Assembly: GCA_000708835.1 (NCBI GenBank)
Contig: DF237158.1
Location: forward strand, 62,001-126,000
Direction of reading: 5' to 3'
Source of the DNA: Klebsormidium nitens
Lineage: Eukaryota; Plantae; Klebsormidiophyceae
Length of the DNA stretch: 64,000 bases
The position numbers and the translations under genes were made by a program. Under the pieces are notes generated by a model. It made no database searches, had not been told where the DNA came from, and saw only the letters and a list, made by a program, of their open reading frames with translations. Shown here piece by piece: positions 29,351 through 44,100 of the stretch (position 1 is the stretch's first letter; each line of letters starts with the position of its first letter).

Positions 29351-32300
29351 ATGGAAGTAACAGCAGGCAATTTTGAGTTGGTTATTCCGAGCATTGAAAG
29401 GGCAATCAGCAGATGCGATTTTGTAGCAATAGACTGCGAGTTTACGGGCCTGGACGTCAATGGGAGAAGGTGAGAAGTCATCTTGTAGCCCCAAGTCGGA
29501 AGCTAGTCGGCAGCTCAGGCGTCACTTATGTCCATGTATGTGTGTTGTCTTTCTGACCGTATCCTAGCGAGATGCCCAGCTTGGAATGCAGTCAATGAAG
29601 GATGCTGCGTAAGGAGAATCAATCGAGCTGGTCTTTTTGTGTTCAATCCCCTGCATCAATGCTTTTGAGTTCCTTCAGAACAAAGACGTTGCTAGGCGTG
29701 TTAGCTGGGCACTAGCTACAGCCTCATGTGCCATGGCAGATGCAGCTGACAACAAACTTTTATGTATGTGTCTTCTCCTTCCAGGAGAGAGGAATACTTC
29801 GATGATTTGGAACAAAGATATGCTCGTGTGCGTATGTCAGCGCAACACTTCCTTGTCATCCAGGTGATAAGTTCTGGCACTTCTTATAGTGAATTCTTGG
29901 AATCGTCACTGAGTGTTCACTGAGTGACTGGGCAGGAGCATAAGCAGCTCGCAATTGAACACTTGTGGTGCCAGCTTAAGTGTTGTGATTTACTCGATGT
30001 ATGGATCTCGTATTTGGCCAGTGATGCATCCCCTGATGCCTCTTTCTGAGTCTTGAGGGATTGTCAAAATCCGTGCTTACAAATCTATCCTGACTAGTTG
30101 CTCTGGTCTCATAGGTGGGGTTGTCGCTTTTTGAATGGTGTCCTTGTGAACAAACCTACCGGGCCAGCACATACAACTGCTACGTCTACCCCCGGCCCCA
30201 TGGGTCTTTTGACCTCCGGTTCACGTGCCAGGTGGGTGGGACTCTGGTGGTGGTTGACAGCTGGAGTCCGAATGCCATGCCTTTTGTAACCAAGTCCTAC
30301 CGATTCAGGGCAGTTTGTGCTTGCTGGAGTAGCCCTTTGTCCTCACAATACGTGTGCTCTGCAGGCCAGCTCTTTGGAGTTTCTCAGCAAGCACAACTTT
30401 GACTTCAACAAGTTCATCTACGAAGGTGAATATTCAATACCTGTGGCAGCTACGCGGTGTCTGAGTTGCTGTCTGTTAAGTTTGCGTTGGCTGACGATCT
30501 TTGCTGCAGTACACATGAAGCTCTGCCACATTAGGTCTGAATTCGAGCTTGGGTGGAGATAATGGTTCATGGCTTTCCTGGACGCAAGACGCTTGCTTGC
30601 CTGCAGGAAGCAGTTTTCTGTCTCGAGATTCCTTCCTGGAAGTGTATCGTCGAGCACCTTTTCCCACACAAGGCCCCTGTTCTGATGGGAGTGTCTAAGT
30701 ATTTCCATGCTGCAGGTGTCCCCTTCATTAACCTGTCAACTGCGGAGGAGATGTACGCCAAGCTCGAGCAGCAGGCGTCCGCGGCTGCCCAGGCCGCGAA
30801 CATTCCCAGCACGGGCGCAAGCGCGCCGGTCAACCGCGACATCCGGCAGGCACTCAGGTCCGAGGAGGACAAGCAGCGGCACCGCGACATCATCGACCGC
30901 GTCAGAGAATGGTTAGAGGGGGACAGCCCAGCAAAGGCCCGAGTAGATGAACGGGAAGACTCCCCCGAGGATGGAGTGGAGTCTGGTTCAAAGGGCCTGG
31001 CAAGTGACCAGGGGGAGGCGCCCAGTGGTGTAGCGCCTGGGGAGAGACAAGAGAGGGAAGAAGCGGGGGGGCAGGAGGAGGTGCCGGGGGGCAACGTGGA
31101 CGTCTTCGTGTTTGAGCCAATGAATTCATTCTGGCGCGCAGTGGTGTACCAGACGATGGAGAGGGAGTTCGGCAAAGGCCGCTTTCTGATCGAGAAGGTT
31201 CCGGTGAGCTACTGACTCCGCCTCAGACTTCGTCATATCCAGGGCTAAGGCCGGCAGTGCTTGCCCCATCCGTTGGATCTCTCTATGCACCGCATACGCC
31301 ACATCTCTCAGTCAATGCGCCACTGAGCGGTTCAACCAACGATGCCTTTAGCTCTGATGCTTGGATTGTTTGCTGTGCTAGAAGTCGACCAGCTTCGAAC
31401 AGCTTCCCTGCATCAAGTGTACAAGTTTCCGAACCTGCCCCGCACGCCCTTGGTGACCTTCTGTCTCCTGCCCTTCGCAGCAATCCTTCTCGAGCAACCT
31501 GGAGTCCCTGCGCCTGGTGCGCTCCAATCCCGAGGCCGTACTGGAGGCAGAGCGTGTGCGTGCGGCCGAGAAGCGCGCCCGCCTGGACCAGACGGTGGGG
31601 TTCAGCCGCGTGCTGCGGGCGCTGTCGGCGGCGCGCAAGCCGCTGGTGGGGCACAACATGCTGCTCGACCTCGCATACATCGTGCACCTCTTCGTGCAGC
31701 CGCTGCCGCCCGCCTTCGCCGACTTCCGCGACCTTGTGAGTTGCGAAGTCGACTGGAACAAACCGAGGATGCAGGCTTTGGTCCTGCTATGGACTCCTTT
31801 ATGTACGCACAGCCACTGTCCGCTTTTGCCGGAAGCTTTTTCTATCAGATTCTCTGCAAGTCTTCAGTTGAAGTTTATCTAGGACAAATCAATCTGTGTC
31901 CTGGTTTTTAAGGGCAGAGTCATCATAAAGTAGCTCGTAACTTTAGGGCCCTCCCTCCTTTAAGGGCAAAATGAGTCAGTAGCTCTTAAGATATTGAATT
32001 CTTTTAGAAAGCACCCCCGCTGGCTAACATTAACTCGAGTACCGACGGTTAGCAATCATGTTGGATCAAGGAGCAAACTCATCCCTCAACATGAATAAGC
32101 CACTGTCAGCACTCCCTCTTCAGTGTCCGCTGTCGAACTGCTTCCAGACTTCTGCTGACATCGTTTGTCCTGGATTTAGAAGGCGCGTGGCAGTGTATGA
32201 GAAGAACGCACGCATCTTGAACTTCAGCCTGCAGTCATGCAGGTGCCCTTTTCGAGATGGCTCGTTTTTTACATTTTGTCTCAATCGTATATCCCCGTCG

Positions 32301-34471
32301 GCCGAAAGCATCAAGACATCGTTTAACGGCCTCAAAAGCTAGTGGCAAACATCTGACACTTGGAGCACGATCCTCTGACCAACCAATTGCTGGCGATGCG
32401 CTTGTCCAGGTCGCCTCCTTCTTTTCCGGCGGCATCTTCGATACCAAGCACCTCGCCCTGCAAGTGCCCGACGCCTTTCCCCCATTCGCCGGCACCGCGC
32501 TGGAGGCAGTGTTCGCGGCCTTCAGGTCCAAGGTACAGCGTGGCCCGCGACCGGGCAGTGACGGGGATGAGACGTCAGAAGAAATGCCGGCAGCAGAAGA
32601 AATTGTGGATCAAGCGGCGCAACAGGTTTCGAAAGCGAGCCCGGGGGATGCGAGTGCGGAAGGCACCGTTGCTGTCCCCGGGGTAACGGTGCCGTGTGAC
32701 GGGTCAGCGTCGGCAGCCAGTGCGGGAGACGGGTTGGTGCAGCCCGAGGATGGTGGCCCCTACAGCCTGGCAGAGTCGCTCATTGAAGCCGTGGCGCCGC
32801 CACTCCTGTCTCAGAATCCGAGTAGCGCTGTGCATTTGATTGCCGATATCAACGACGTTGCCCTCAGAAGCGCCGTCCCTGCAACTTCGGAAGAAATGCA
32901 ACCGGCCGTGCCTTTGAGGCCGGTAGACGCGATGCCGTCGATCGAGCACGAGGCCGGCTTCACCCGGTACTTGGAGTCCGAGGACGGCCCCCCCGAGTAT
33001 GCGCACGAGGCTGGCTTCGACGCGTTCATGACCGGGGTGGCATTTGTGGGGCTGGCCAAAGTGCTCGAGGCGCGGCGGGAGAAGCCGGACCTCGTGGCGC
33101 AGCGCCTCTTCCGGCGTACCTCGGAGGGTCGGGGGCTGTTTGGGGGCAGGCCGCGGCACCGACAGGGGGGACCCCAGCGCCAGGGTGACACAGCAGGGCC
33201 TAGTCAGCCAGTCCTGACGAGCGTCAAGATCGGAAGCTCGGTGTCGACTCAAGCGGCGGTGTTGGCAGACGGAGCGGGGACGGCTGCTGGTCTCGCGGAT
33301 AGTGCGCCCACGGAAACGGGCTCGTCACTCAAGATGGCGGTCTCGACGACCGGTGCTTCCTTAAACGTCACCGCGCAAGCGCTCGTTCCCCCTGCCGAGC
33401 CCGCATCTGCTCCTGCTCCCTTGGACTCTGGACTCGGCTGTCTGACGGTTGACAGCGGACTTGTGCCGACGGTGCGCGGTCCAGCGGCAGAGGCGCAGAC
33501 CCGTGCTTCAGACCCTGAGGAGTCTCTGGTGGATGCGGGGGAGGCGGAGGCGGCAGGAGCGCGCGAGCTGCAAGAGCTGGTGGAGCGGACCAGCAGCAGC
33601 CCGGTCAGTTTGGAGGCCCTGCGGCAGTACTCGTACCGCATCAATCTGATGGGCAGCGACATGCCGCACCTGCCACTGCAGGGGCCGCTCATCATCCCCG
33701 AGCGCGGCCACCTGTTTCACATCAGCGGGTTTTCAGAGGAGACGCGCAGCCCCGAGATTGCAGGTACGCTAAGGTGGCAAGCGCTGGAAGTTGATAGAGC
33801 CGAGCGCGCAACAAACGCCCACTTTTGGCCGTTTCGCTGTTTGTTCCCAGCACGAGTTTGCCCCGGTTGATCGTGTATGTCGATCCGTCTACAGTAGTAT
33901 GCCTTCAGGTCTCAGGATTGTTGAGGTTGCGGCAAGAGGAACGTGATTCGACAGAGGGCACATCTTACCAGGTTTTTGTCAGAACATGAGAATCTTGCAT
34001 TTGTTGCGCACTCCGTCGCGTTTGTGACCTTGAGAACGGGGGCTGGGTACAAAGGCTCCGGTTCTTTGCTTGCCCTGTGCAGGTCGCTTTGCGGACTTGG
34101 GCCTCGGCGCCGTGGACATCACCTGGATCGACCGCAGCAGCGCGATTGTGGCACTGCGCAACCGGGCCCTGGCCGACACCGTCATTGACAGCATGCTCGG
34201 GTCGGGATGGGATGTGGACATCGCACGGTGGGCAGACTTCCGGTTGCAAGCACAGTGCGCCCTTCCAGAGCCACGTGGCAGGCGGAAAGATGATGGTGCA
34301 CATGCCCCTGGAGACGGCACAGCGCAAACTATCGAAGCTAGCCAGCCCAGAAAGGGGCGTAGATTGAATGGCGGTGAAAGGCAGGTTGAAGTGGTCGACG
34401 ACGAGGATGCGGAGCGCGATGGAAGGAGGGCCCAGAAAGCGCTTGCACGCAGGACATGCAGCATCTTATAG
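29351..34471 (+). CDS. PARN: Poly(A)-specific ribonuclease PARN (CAF1/DEDD family, R3H-like region, RRM-like C-terminus)
   Basis: MEVTAGNFELVIPSIERAISRCDFVAIDCEFTGL; ASSLEFLSKHNFDFNKFIYEG; MNSFWRAVVYQ; GFSRVLRALSAARKPLVGHNMLLDL; IFDTKHL; HEAGFDAFMTGVAF; RINLM. All four DEDD acidic residues are present. About 8 exons. Confidence 0.93.
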
Positions 34472-35190
34472 TTAATATATTGTACTGACCGTTGATCACG
34501 TTATTTTCGTGGAAGACAAGGTCGGGCTGCAAATGCTTGCCAGTGCATGTGATGTATCAGGGGGCTGCATGGGTTGCGAAGACACACCTGACATATGCGT
34601 AAGCGTGCTGGCAGCATCTAGTATTACGTCACGGATGCAAGTCTATAAATGTCTGAACTGTCAGCTAGAAAGGAGCTCACTCAAGTCATGGCCTGGGCCA
34701 GGGAAGTGAACTTACCTAGGTCACATAAGGTTTACCGTAGGACCTACCTTAGTACCTATTGCTCTATGCTTTCCGTAGGCCCCCAGGCTTCATGGTTCGC
34801 TGATACAGTGCCACATGTTTTCGTACCGACTGCACCAAAGTCGCATACCCGGTTCTTGAACTCCGGTTTTGACTGCCGTTTTGTCAAGTCGCTTCCGACT
34901 AGGTTAACTGTACAGGCATAGGTACCGGTATCAGAATTCTAGATGTGTACAAGGTTGTAGGTATGTATTAAGCACCGGCATTTGTGTCGTGCCGGCAATC
35001 GCGGCCGCCGGGCCAGGTGGGGACCGGTGTGTGCTGTGCAAGTCTACCGGTACCTAGCTAGCTGGAGGAACTTGCCTCCCTACGGTTAAACTCCCATCCA
35101 GGTCCTCGCCCTGCATTCATGAGTACTTCCGAGCTCCCAATGGTTTCTTTCGAGTAGGTACACGTGTGGCGTCTTCTTTGCTGCATTCCA

Positions 35191-38100
35191 ATGGCGTCCG
35201 TTGATGGAAGCACTTTGAAATCTTGTCTCCGGGCGGCACGTGAAGCAATCAGCAAGCGAGAGTTCAAAGATGCGATCAGAGAGGCACGTGCAGCTTTAAA
35301 GCATGACAAGCGCAGCTATGATGCACTTCTTTACATTGGAAAGGCCGCTTTCTCCTTGGAGGAGTATGCACAGGCTGACGTTGCGTACCGGAAAGCGATT
35401 GAAGTCAATGCCGCTGGTTTGCCAGCATGGCAGGTATGGTGTCGATGCATGTGCATCTACTTCTCGTGGGTCATCCTTCTATCTTGTCAACTCAGCTTCT
35501 TTGAAAGCCTTCCCCTCGCGTCAAGGTTCCGCAATGTCTACCAGCTTTGCAGCCCAATCTTCTACAGCATCACATGTCTCACGCCCGAGTTGCACTGCAA
35601 TATGCATTTGTTTCCTGTCAGCTTGCGTGCTTCATGCGCTCTGCTCCTTCAAATGTAGGCAATCTGTCTTACCACCTCTATGCTTTCTAAGTCTCTGCAC
35701 CACCAGCATCAGATCAGCTGCTTATTTCATCAGCCTTACAGACCCTCCTTTCCCCCCCCTTCTCCTCTGGGTCAGCCTGTGTCTTCCCTTGCTGATGTGC
35801 CAGGGCCTGGCCGAGCTGCACGGAAGCACCGGGGACCATGAGAAGCTGGCGGAGGCGTGCGCCCACCTGGTGGAAGGCTGGGCCGCAGCGGGGCAGGCAG
35901 ACAAGGTCAGCCATTTCCGCAGGAAGCTGGCGCAAGCACTGCTGGACCAGGGGAAGAGGGACGAGGCGCGCAGGCTGTGGAGGGAGGTCCTGACAGCTGC
36001 TAAGCAGGTATGGCATTGCACGCAGCCGCTCTCTAATTACTTCTATCGGAAGCATCTCTCCCAAGAGAGCCTACTGGACCTTCTCCCCAATTCTGATCTC
36101 CCTCATCCCGTTCATGTGCCACGGTAAAAGTCTCTACCAGTTGTTCTGAAAAGTGCACGAGTCCAAGAGGCGAGAAGGTTGGAGCCGCAGAGGGCCTTTG
36201 TAATACTGTCAAAGAGGGAAGCCATCATATTTGTCCCCGATACTGTTCAGTCTTGCAGTGGTGGCAACAATTCTGATAAGAGGAGGTGACAACTTCCTTG
36301 CAGGGCACTGAGGAGCGCACTGAGGCGCTCTGCGCCTTAGCTGAGCTTGAGATAGTGGAGCATGCAGAGTGGGTGGAGCGCGAGGTCCAGCAGCGGAGCA
36401 GCCGCCAGAAGAAGCTTGCCAAGCTGGCCGCCAAGTCAGGGCTTGCGGCGGAGGTAGGACCAGTGGACCTGGAAGCGATCAAGAGACAAGTTGAGGCTGA
36501 CAGCGCTCCAGGTCTGGACAAGATCCTGGAAGTCATTGTAGGGGAGACAGCCTCGACAGCGCAGTATGCCAAGTACCATGTGTTGAACCTGCAGAGGGCA
36601 CTGGCAAGGCTGCTGCAGGCACCGCCAGGTGGGCTGCTACATGACCCAGAGGTCGTCACTTGCTGTTTGCGAAATCCTCTGAGCTCACTGGCCTACTCCA
36701 ATCGTAGGCAGGGAGAATTATGTGGAAAAGGTAGTCGGAAGGGCAAACTTATGAGGATGACATGGTCTTCTGATGTGGACCATGTTTGAGTCGCAACAAG
36801 GCGGAAGATGATGACGAAAGCATCTTGCAGATCCACCGGACTGTGAAATATTCGGTTCCTGCTGTTGTTTTCTTTGGTTGTATCGAGTAGACTTGGCCAA
36901 TCTTCATTTCTCCACAGCCTACATCGTCTCTGTTTGCTCTGCAGGTAGCTTTGCAGAGCTCGAGAACCTTGTCCTGGCCCGCAGCCTACGCATGATTGCT
37001 GCCGGCACTTCGCTGGCGGAACCATTCCTGGTAGCGCTGGCCCTCTGCCAAGAAGATGCTGTTATGGACCTGCCCGCCTGGAAAGAGTTTGACCCTAACC
37101 AGACTCGCGAACAGCTAGCCAGGCGCCTGGGGCTCATGTTCGTGCATGCTTTTCCGAACCACGGCCTGGGCTGGATTGCAACGTCGGCAAACCTTTATGC
37201 CATCCAGCAAAGCAGGTACACATCTGTTCTTCTCAACTCTCCTTCGGTGTCCCAACGGCTCTGGTCTGATATTAGCCTGAGCGAGGTGGACCACTGGGCT
37301 GACTTTTTGACCCGATACGAAGGGGGTCAACAATGGAACAGCTCGCTGTTGCCTGTTGTCAACTTTCCTGATTTGTCTTGCTGATTTCAAGGAAAGTATC
37401 AGGTCTGCTGGACTTGTATGCTTGAGGTTTTCCCTCAAAATGTTGACTCTCGTTGACGTGTCGTCGACCGCAGCGCTTGGATAAATCGAAGCGAGTTGCT
37501 GTGTGGTTGCAGCCCGTCTCCAGACCTGGATGCCGTCAAAGCGCACTGCCAGCTCGGCCTCAGGCTGGACCCCGACTCGCCCCACGGGTGAGAACCTCTG
37601 TTAACCTCTCTCCCCACGGAGAGAGCGTTCTTGGATGAAACCTTTGCACTTGAAGGAGTAGCCTCTCGAACCCGAATCGTTCAAAGGGCATGAGGTGCCA
37701 TCTTAACTGCTTCTTTCCCTCAGTCGTTCTTTTGAACAATGGCCAACAGCGATCGGATCTTCGTTTCCCTTTACGCGACCCTGTCGTCAATGCCCATCTG
37801 TCGTCAATGACTTTCTGCAGGTGGCACGTTCTGGGGACGGTGCAGCTTGTCGAGGCGTCCGCCTCCGGGGCCCTCCAGTGCGTCCAGCGGGGCTTGGAAG
37901 CCGTGGCGAACCTGCGCGAGCGCTACGGGCTGCGCCTACGTCGTGCGGAGCTGCAGCTCCGGCTGCTGGAGAGCGCCGCGCTCGTCTCTGCCGGAAGGGC
38001 GGGCGACGCAGCGGAGCAGCTACAACTTGTAGAGGACGAGTGTGAGGTACAGCTGGAGGGGGCAGACCGGGACGAGGTGCGTCTGGCTGCCATTGAGGGG

Positions 38101-41100
38101 CAGGCACGGGCAGCGATGAGAGCAGCGGCAGAGGGGGCGCAGTTCGATCTGGCCCGGCTGGCGCTAGAGAGATTGCTGGCCGTGCAGCCGGATAACGCGT
38201 GGGCGTATGCACAGCTGGGGGATATCGCGCTGCGGGGCGATGACGCGGGGCCCGGCCTGGAGGAAGCACGCAGGAACTTCGAGAGAGCGGTCGAGCTGAA
38301 GCCCGAGGATGCCTCCTTCCACTTCAGCTTGGGGCAGGTGAGGCAGCTTTTTGGGACGTCTTCTGCTGTCAATTCTTGCCACAGCCAAACGTACTTTGGA
38401 AGGCTTCGAAGCATGAAAGCCGGGCTTACTTGTGAAACAGCAGTACCTCGTGTTTGAGGAAAATCTGTCGCATTGCTTCTGCTTCGAAACTTGTCGGACA
38501 GCCGGGCCCATTGCGTGAGTGCGCATGGTTCTCATGCTGCGCCTGGAAGCCCGTGTGATCCTCCTCTCCTCCAAGCCTCCCCGTTTGTCCGTGTCAGATC
38601 TACTGGCGGCTGGGCGGGCCGCTGAAGGAGGACCGCCAGTACGCGCATGCGCATTTCCTGGAGGCTGCGCGCCTCCAACCGGGCCTCGCTGGCGCGTTCA
38701 CGTTCCTGGGTCGCTACTACCGCGAGGTACAAGCCGACGATCTGCGTGCGCGCCGCTGCTTCCAGAAGGCCGTGCAGCTGGACCCGGACGACCAGCACGC
38801 GGGTAGGCCCCCAGCCGGCTGCCCATAGCCTTCCCTTTGAAAACGAAAGTTCTTCAAATAGGTTGTGCCTTCTTCCGCAGGGAGAGCTCTCAAGTACTTG
38901 GATAGGTATCTCGATGCCAAACACTTCTGGTCCTTGCTTGATTGTATCAAACAACATTTTCTCTCTGCCGCCAACGCTTCCGCCGCATGCGTGCCCGCCT
39001 CCGTGCAGGCACTGCTCTGGCCGACATGATGGCCGCCTCGGGCCAGCGCCGTGCGGAGGTGGCCATGTGCCGCGAGGCGTGCCAGCGCAGCCCGCGCGCG
39101 TACTGGGCGTGGCGGCGCGTGGGGTTCCTGGAGGCGCGGACTGGGCGGTGGCAGGAGGCGCTGGTCAATTTGCAGCACGCGCTGCGCGGGGACGCCAAGG
39201 ACGGGCCGGCCTGGGAGGCGCTCGCGCTGGCGTACCAGAGGCTGGGCAAGTTCACCGCGGCGCTCAAGGCGTACGGCCAGGCCGAGAAGCTGGCAACAGC
39301 GGAGGGCAGGGTGCCCGTCTTCACGCTGCTGCAGGTGAGGAGGCAGAGAACAAACGGGGCAGAACGGCGCAGGAATCCGAGGCTGCCGAGCTCGTTGAGG
39401 ATGCGGATTTTGCTTCCTCCCCTCGTGCAGGTCAACTTCTGTGGTCTCTCCTCTTCTAGATCAGCTTACAAGCTGTTTGAAACTCACAGGGTGCTGTCTG
39501 TTGCTTGCTTCCTGGGGGTGCAAGACGCCAGCCCAGTCTGAAAGTTGACTTCCATTCCATCCCCATCGACTCGCTGACCCGCGGTCCGCCATTTTGGCTC
39601 TGCCTGTGCAGGCTGCCAGCATCCAGCTGAGCCTCGCCAACTTCCGCAAGGCCAGCGACAAGTACGTGGCCGTGCTGCGGCGCGCGCCCACCCACGCGGC
39701 CGCGCTTGCTGGCCTGGCGTCCGCCTTGCTGGGCCAGGCGCGCCACTTCCAGCAGCAGGGCGCCGCGCAAGCTGCAGCGGACCTGCTGGTGGACGCGAGC
39801 AGGGCCGCGCAGCGGGGGGTCACCCTGCACGGGAACAGCCGCCCCCTCTGGAAGCTGCTGGGTGACATCGGCCTGGAGCTGGGCCTCGTGGCGCCCCCAC
39901 AAGAAGGCCACGTGTCCGAGGACGGCACGCCCTCAGCAGGCATGGCTCACGAGTTCCTGGGACGGCTGGAGGCTGCTCGCCGGGTGCGGCTCAGTGCTTT
40001 GCAGAAGAGCGCGCGTGCGTACCGGCACACCATCCACCTGAACCCGGGGGATGCCAGCGGCTGGGCGGACCTGGGCACGTGCCTCAATCACCGGGCGGAC
40101 TTTGCGCACCCAGCCAGCGAGGGAAAGCTGCGGCCGTTGCACTGGGGCTGGGGGACGGCGAAACTAGGAGCGGCGAGTGCTGTTGGAGCGCCGCTGGCGG
40201 ACCAGGGGCTGCTGCTCAGGTGAGAAGGCGATGGGCCGCAAGAGGGCAAGTGCTGGAAGAGCACGAGGCGAGGGGAAACTTCTTGGCCTTGTTCAACAAC
40301 TTGCTTCAAAGCTGGTTCGCTGAAGCTATTGAGTCGCAGAGACCAGTACTGTAATGTCGGCGAGGGATGTTTTCCGTTTTGCTACCCGCTTTCCTGTCTT
40401 CGATGCCCGCTGTTTTCGTTTGTGCCACGGCTTTCTGTTTCTCGTCATGCACTCGGCTTCGTCTGCGGCAGCAGCAGCTGGTTGTGCGCCAGCGCATTAA
40501 GGCCCGTTCGCCGTGTCCGTGCAGGACGCTGGCTGAGCGGCTGGTGCTTGGCGGGCTGGCCCTGGACCCGACAGCCGGGGGTGTGTGGGCGACGCTGGGC
40601 GCAGTGGCGCAGGAGCGGGCCCTCCAGCAGCACGCGCTCATCCGGGCACTGCACATCAACCCCAAACTCAGTGCGGCCTGGATCAACCTCGGGCAGGTTA
40701 GTGCGCAATTTTGAGCAGTCGTGCTGCTTCTGGGGGGGCGAGAGTTCTGGCGGCAAGAGGCTAAAAGGCAGACGTTCGTCGATTGAGTACGAGCGTGCAT
40801 TCTGAGAGCGCCAAAACGTGGTCGTCTCTGGATGCAGGAGAGCCTTGGCAACACTTTTGGCCCCTGCATTGCTTCTGGATGTTCGTCAGTTTTGAAAGCT
40901 GTGTCTGGCGAGGAAGTATCTTCTTTCCATCCTCGCTGAGGTCGTCGGCTTTCTCTTTGAAAATTCGACATGCCGCAAGGCAAGGCTGGTCATTGATCTT
41001 CGAGCACAGCACGATATGCATTCTAACGGGGACCACTTACGGCTGGCTATATCTCACTCGACCCGCAGCTGTACCTGGCAGAAGGCGACTTTGCGCTGGC

Positions 41101-44100
41101 CCGCGCCACGTTCGACCAGGCGCGCAGCTGCGACCCCGTGCTGGCGGTCCCCTGGGCCTCCATGGCGTGCATGGAAGCAGCGGAGGCGCGCGACGCCAAG
41201 CAGCGGGAGGAGGCGCGGTCCACCGCGCGCCACGCTGTGCAAATGGGTCCCACCGCCACGGGGCAGCTCGGGTACGCGACGCTCGCGGCGGGGCTGGGCC
41301 AGCTGGGCAGCCCCGAGGTGTACATCGCGCTGAGGCAGGCCACGCTGCAGCTGCCGGCGGTGGCGGCGGTGCACAACCTGCTGGGGCTCGCGTGCGAGGC
41401 GCGGGGGCTGCTGCCGCAGGCGGTGGCCAGCCTGGAGAACGCGCGCGCAGTGGGGGCAGCGCAAGGGGCGGGGAAAGAGGAGGAAGAGGGCGTGGCGTTC
41501 AACCTGGCGCGGGTCCTGGCCAGGGCGGGGCGGCATGCGGAGGCGGTGCAAGAGTACGAGAAGTTGCAGAATGCGGGTGAGGGACGGACAGCTTCGGCTG
41601 CAGCAATACTGCGCTTCATCTTGTGAGCATCCAGACAAAGTGAGAGCCGTTTGGTTTCTCAGAATGAGGCTCAGCATCTCGTCACTTTCTGATGATCGCT
41701 TGCGCACCTGGAAAGGCGCCTCTGCTCCAGCAACGTCGTCAACGTCCGCGAGAAGTATGGTTCGAAGCTTGTGGGCCCGTTGCTGAGAGGTGCGTTGCTT
41801 GGCTTTGCCGCAGGAGCGATGCTCCAGGAGTCGTCTGCGCCTGCATGGCGGCAGTACGGCGTGTCCCTCTGGCGCACCGGCCGTACCGACGCTGCGACCG
41901 CGGCGGTGCTGCAGGCCCTCCAGCTGGCACCGCCGCCGCTGCCTGACGAATCGCCTCCCAAGGCGCACACCGCAGCGCTATGCGCACTGGCGTGGATCCA
42001 GTACCAGGCAGCAGGGCCGGCCCAGGCGCTGCAGACGCTGCGGGAGAGCGTGCCCGAGTGCTGGCAGGACACGCAGGTGGGCACGCGGCAGGGGACGATG
42101 CAAGGCGCCTCAAAATGGACGCGACAATGACCTACTGCTGGTACAGTGCAAAAGCCTCCGCAACGAAGAGCGTTTCTGGCTGTCCAACTGGCCTTCATCT
42201 TGACTGTGCAGCTTGCCTTGCTAAAGGTTACGGTCGACGTCCACGAGCATCGGAGCATGTTTCTACTTTCCCCGCAGGTGGGCATGACGGCCCTGGCCCT
42301 GGCCACGCTGGCCCGCGACAACACGATGATCGCGTTCGCCATCAGCAAGTGCCCCGCCCTCTTTGAACACGGCTCCGCCCCCCGCAGCAACCAACTTCTC
42401 AGCTTAGCGCACAGGTGAGAGACGGCGAGATGTCCCAGGAAGACCCGACTATAGTGGTGGCTCTTGACGAAGAAACGAAGGGACGGTGCCAACTTGCAAG
42501 GACAATTATTAAGGAACTTTAGCCAAGGTCGCAGAATGTCTCTGGTGCATGCTGGGTTGACCGATGCTCTTACGTGAAGTGGTATCGAAGATGTTTGCAG
42601 ATGTCTCTGCCGTGCAGAAGTGTGGGATGACAGTAGAGCGAATTAGAAAATATCAACGGCGGCCAAAGTCCTACCCGATCGATGCGTCCCTCGAAGACAC
42701 GTCCTCTGATCGCTGCGCTTTTCGGAACAGAGTGGGATTCGAAGCTGTGCTGGATTCTTCTATGCAGGTTGCAGAAGAACCCTTCGCGCGCCCTCCTCCA
42801 CCTGCGCACGGCTCTCCACTCTTCCCCCGACAGTCTCCGCCTCCGTGCCGCTCTCTCCGAGGCTCTGCGCCTGGACCGTCGCCCCGAGCAGGCCCGCCAG
42901 GTGGTGCAGGGAGCGACGCGCCCAGCGGCGGGCGGGTGGGGAAACTCCGACTCGGTGGAGGAACTAGGGGCGTGTGTGCAGGAGGCTGCCGAGGGCCTCT
43001 TCGCCCTGGGCTGGGCAGCAGAGCGGAGCGAGCAGAACGAACAGTTGTTTCGCGACCTGCAGCGGTGGGTCAAGCTCGATCCGGCGGCCCCCGGTGGCCG
43101 GGCGGTGCTGGCGCTTGCGGCTGCGCTGCGGGCGCAGGGCGGGGAGGGGCCCCAGAGCGGGCGGTGGGAGGCGGTGCACAGGCTCTGCGGGACGGCGCTG
43201 GAGGCGGAGAGGAGAACGACGGAGAGCAACCGTGAGGGAGCCGATGGGGAAACCCGTGTGGCGCTCTTGAGGACGCTGGACGCGGAGGCGTTGTGGCGTT
43301 CGCGGGTGAGAGCGGAGCGCGAGAAGGGCCGGCAGCAAGCACGGCTCCTGCTGGAGGGGGCGCGCGGACAGGAGGAGGAAGGACGCGCGCGCTTGCACTT
43401 GGCGAGGAACCGGCGGACGGCGGGAGTGGAACTGGCGGGCGCGGTAGAGAGCGGGGGCAGCGTGCAAGAGCACCTCGCGCATGCAGCATCCCAGGTGGGG
43501 GCACACAGGCCGTGCCGCCGATCAGGAAGGTGGTTTGCGTCCGACGTCAGCCCTGCATTTGATACAGTTCATTGCTGCTGGTACAATGAGTCTTTCAGGG
43601 TGGCAGCGTATAATCCTCTCCTCGATTTGAGTGTTCAGTGTTAATTCATGCCTGTCTGAGCGGCATCAGCCTATTCGCAGGGGGCGAGCGGCCGCTACGG
43701 AGACGCGCTTCAAACGCTCGAAGCTGCAGAACACGTGGCCGTTCTGTCGGGGCCCGAGCAGCGCTGCTGGGCGACGGCCGTGCGCGTGGCGCGCGCTGAT
43801 GTGCTGCTCAAGAGCGGCGACGCCGAGTCTGCGGCAGCCGTAGCGACGGACGCCGTCGAAGAGGAGCCGGACAACCCGCTCCTGCTGCTGCTGCAGGGTG
43901 AGGCATTGCGTACGAGGCGGGGTCGACTGGTGCCCGCGAACCTGGAGCAATCCTGGTATTGCCATGTCGTCGGTGAAATCTAGGTGTCAAACCCCGAGTA
44001 ATTTATGCGGAAGTGCCCCGCCAATCGCTGAAGGAAGCTGTCTTTATTCTCTTATCAGGCGCGCTGCTGTCACTGGCGGCGGAGGGTGGTTCCGGCGCCG

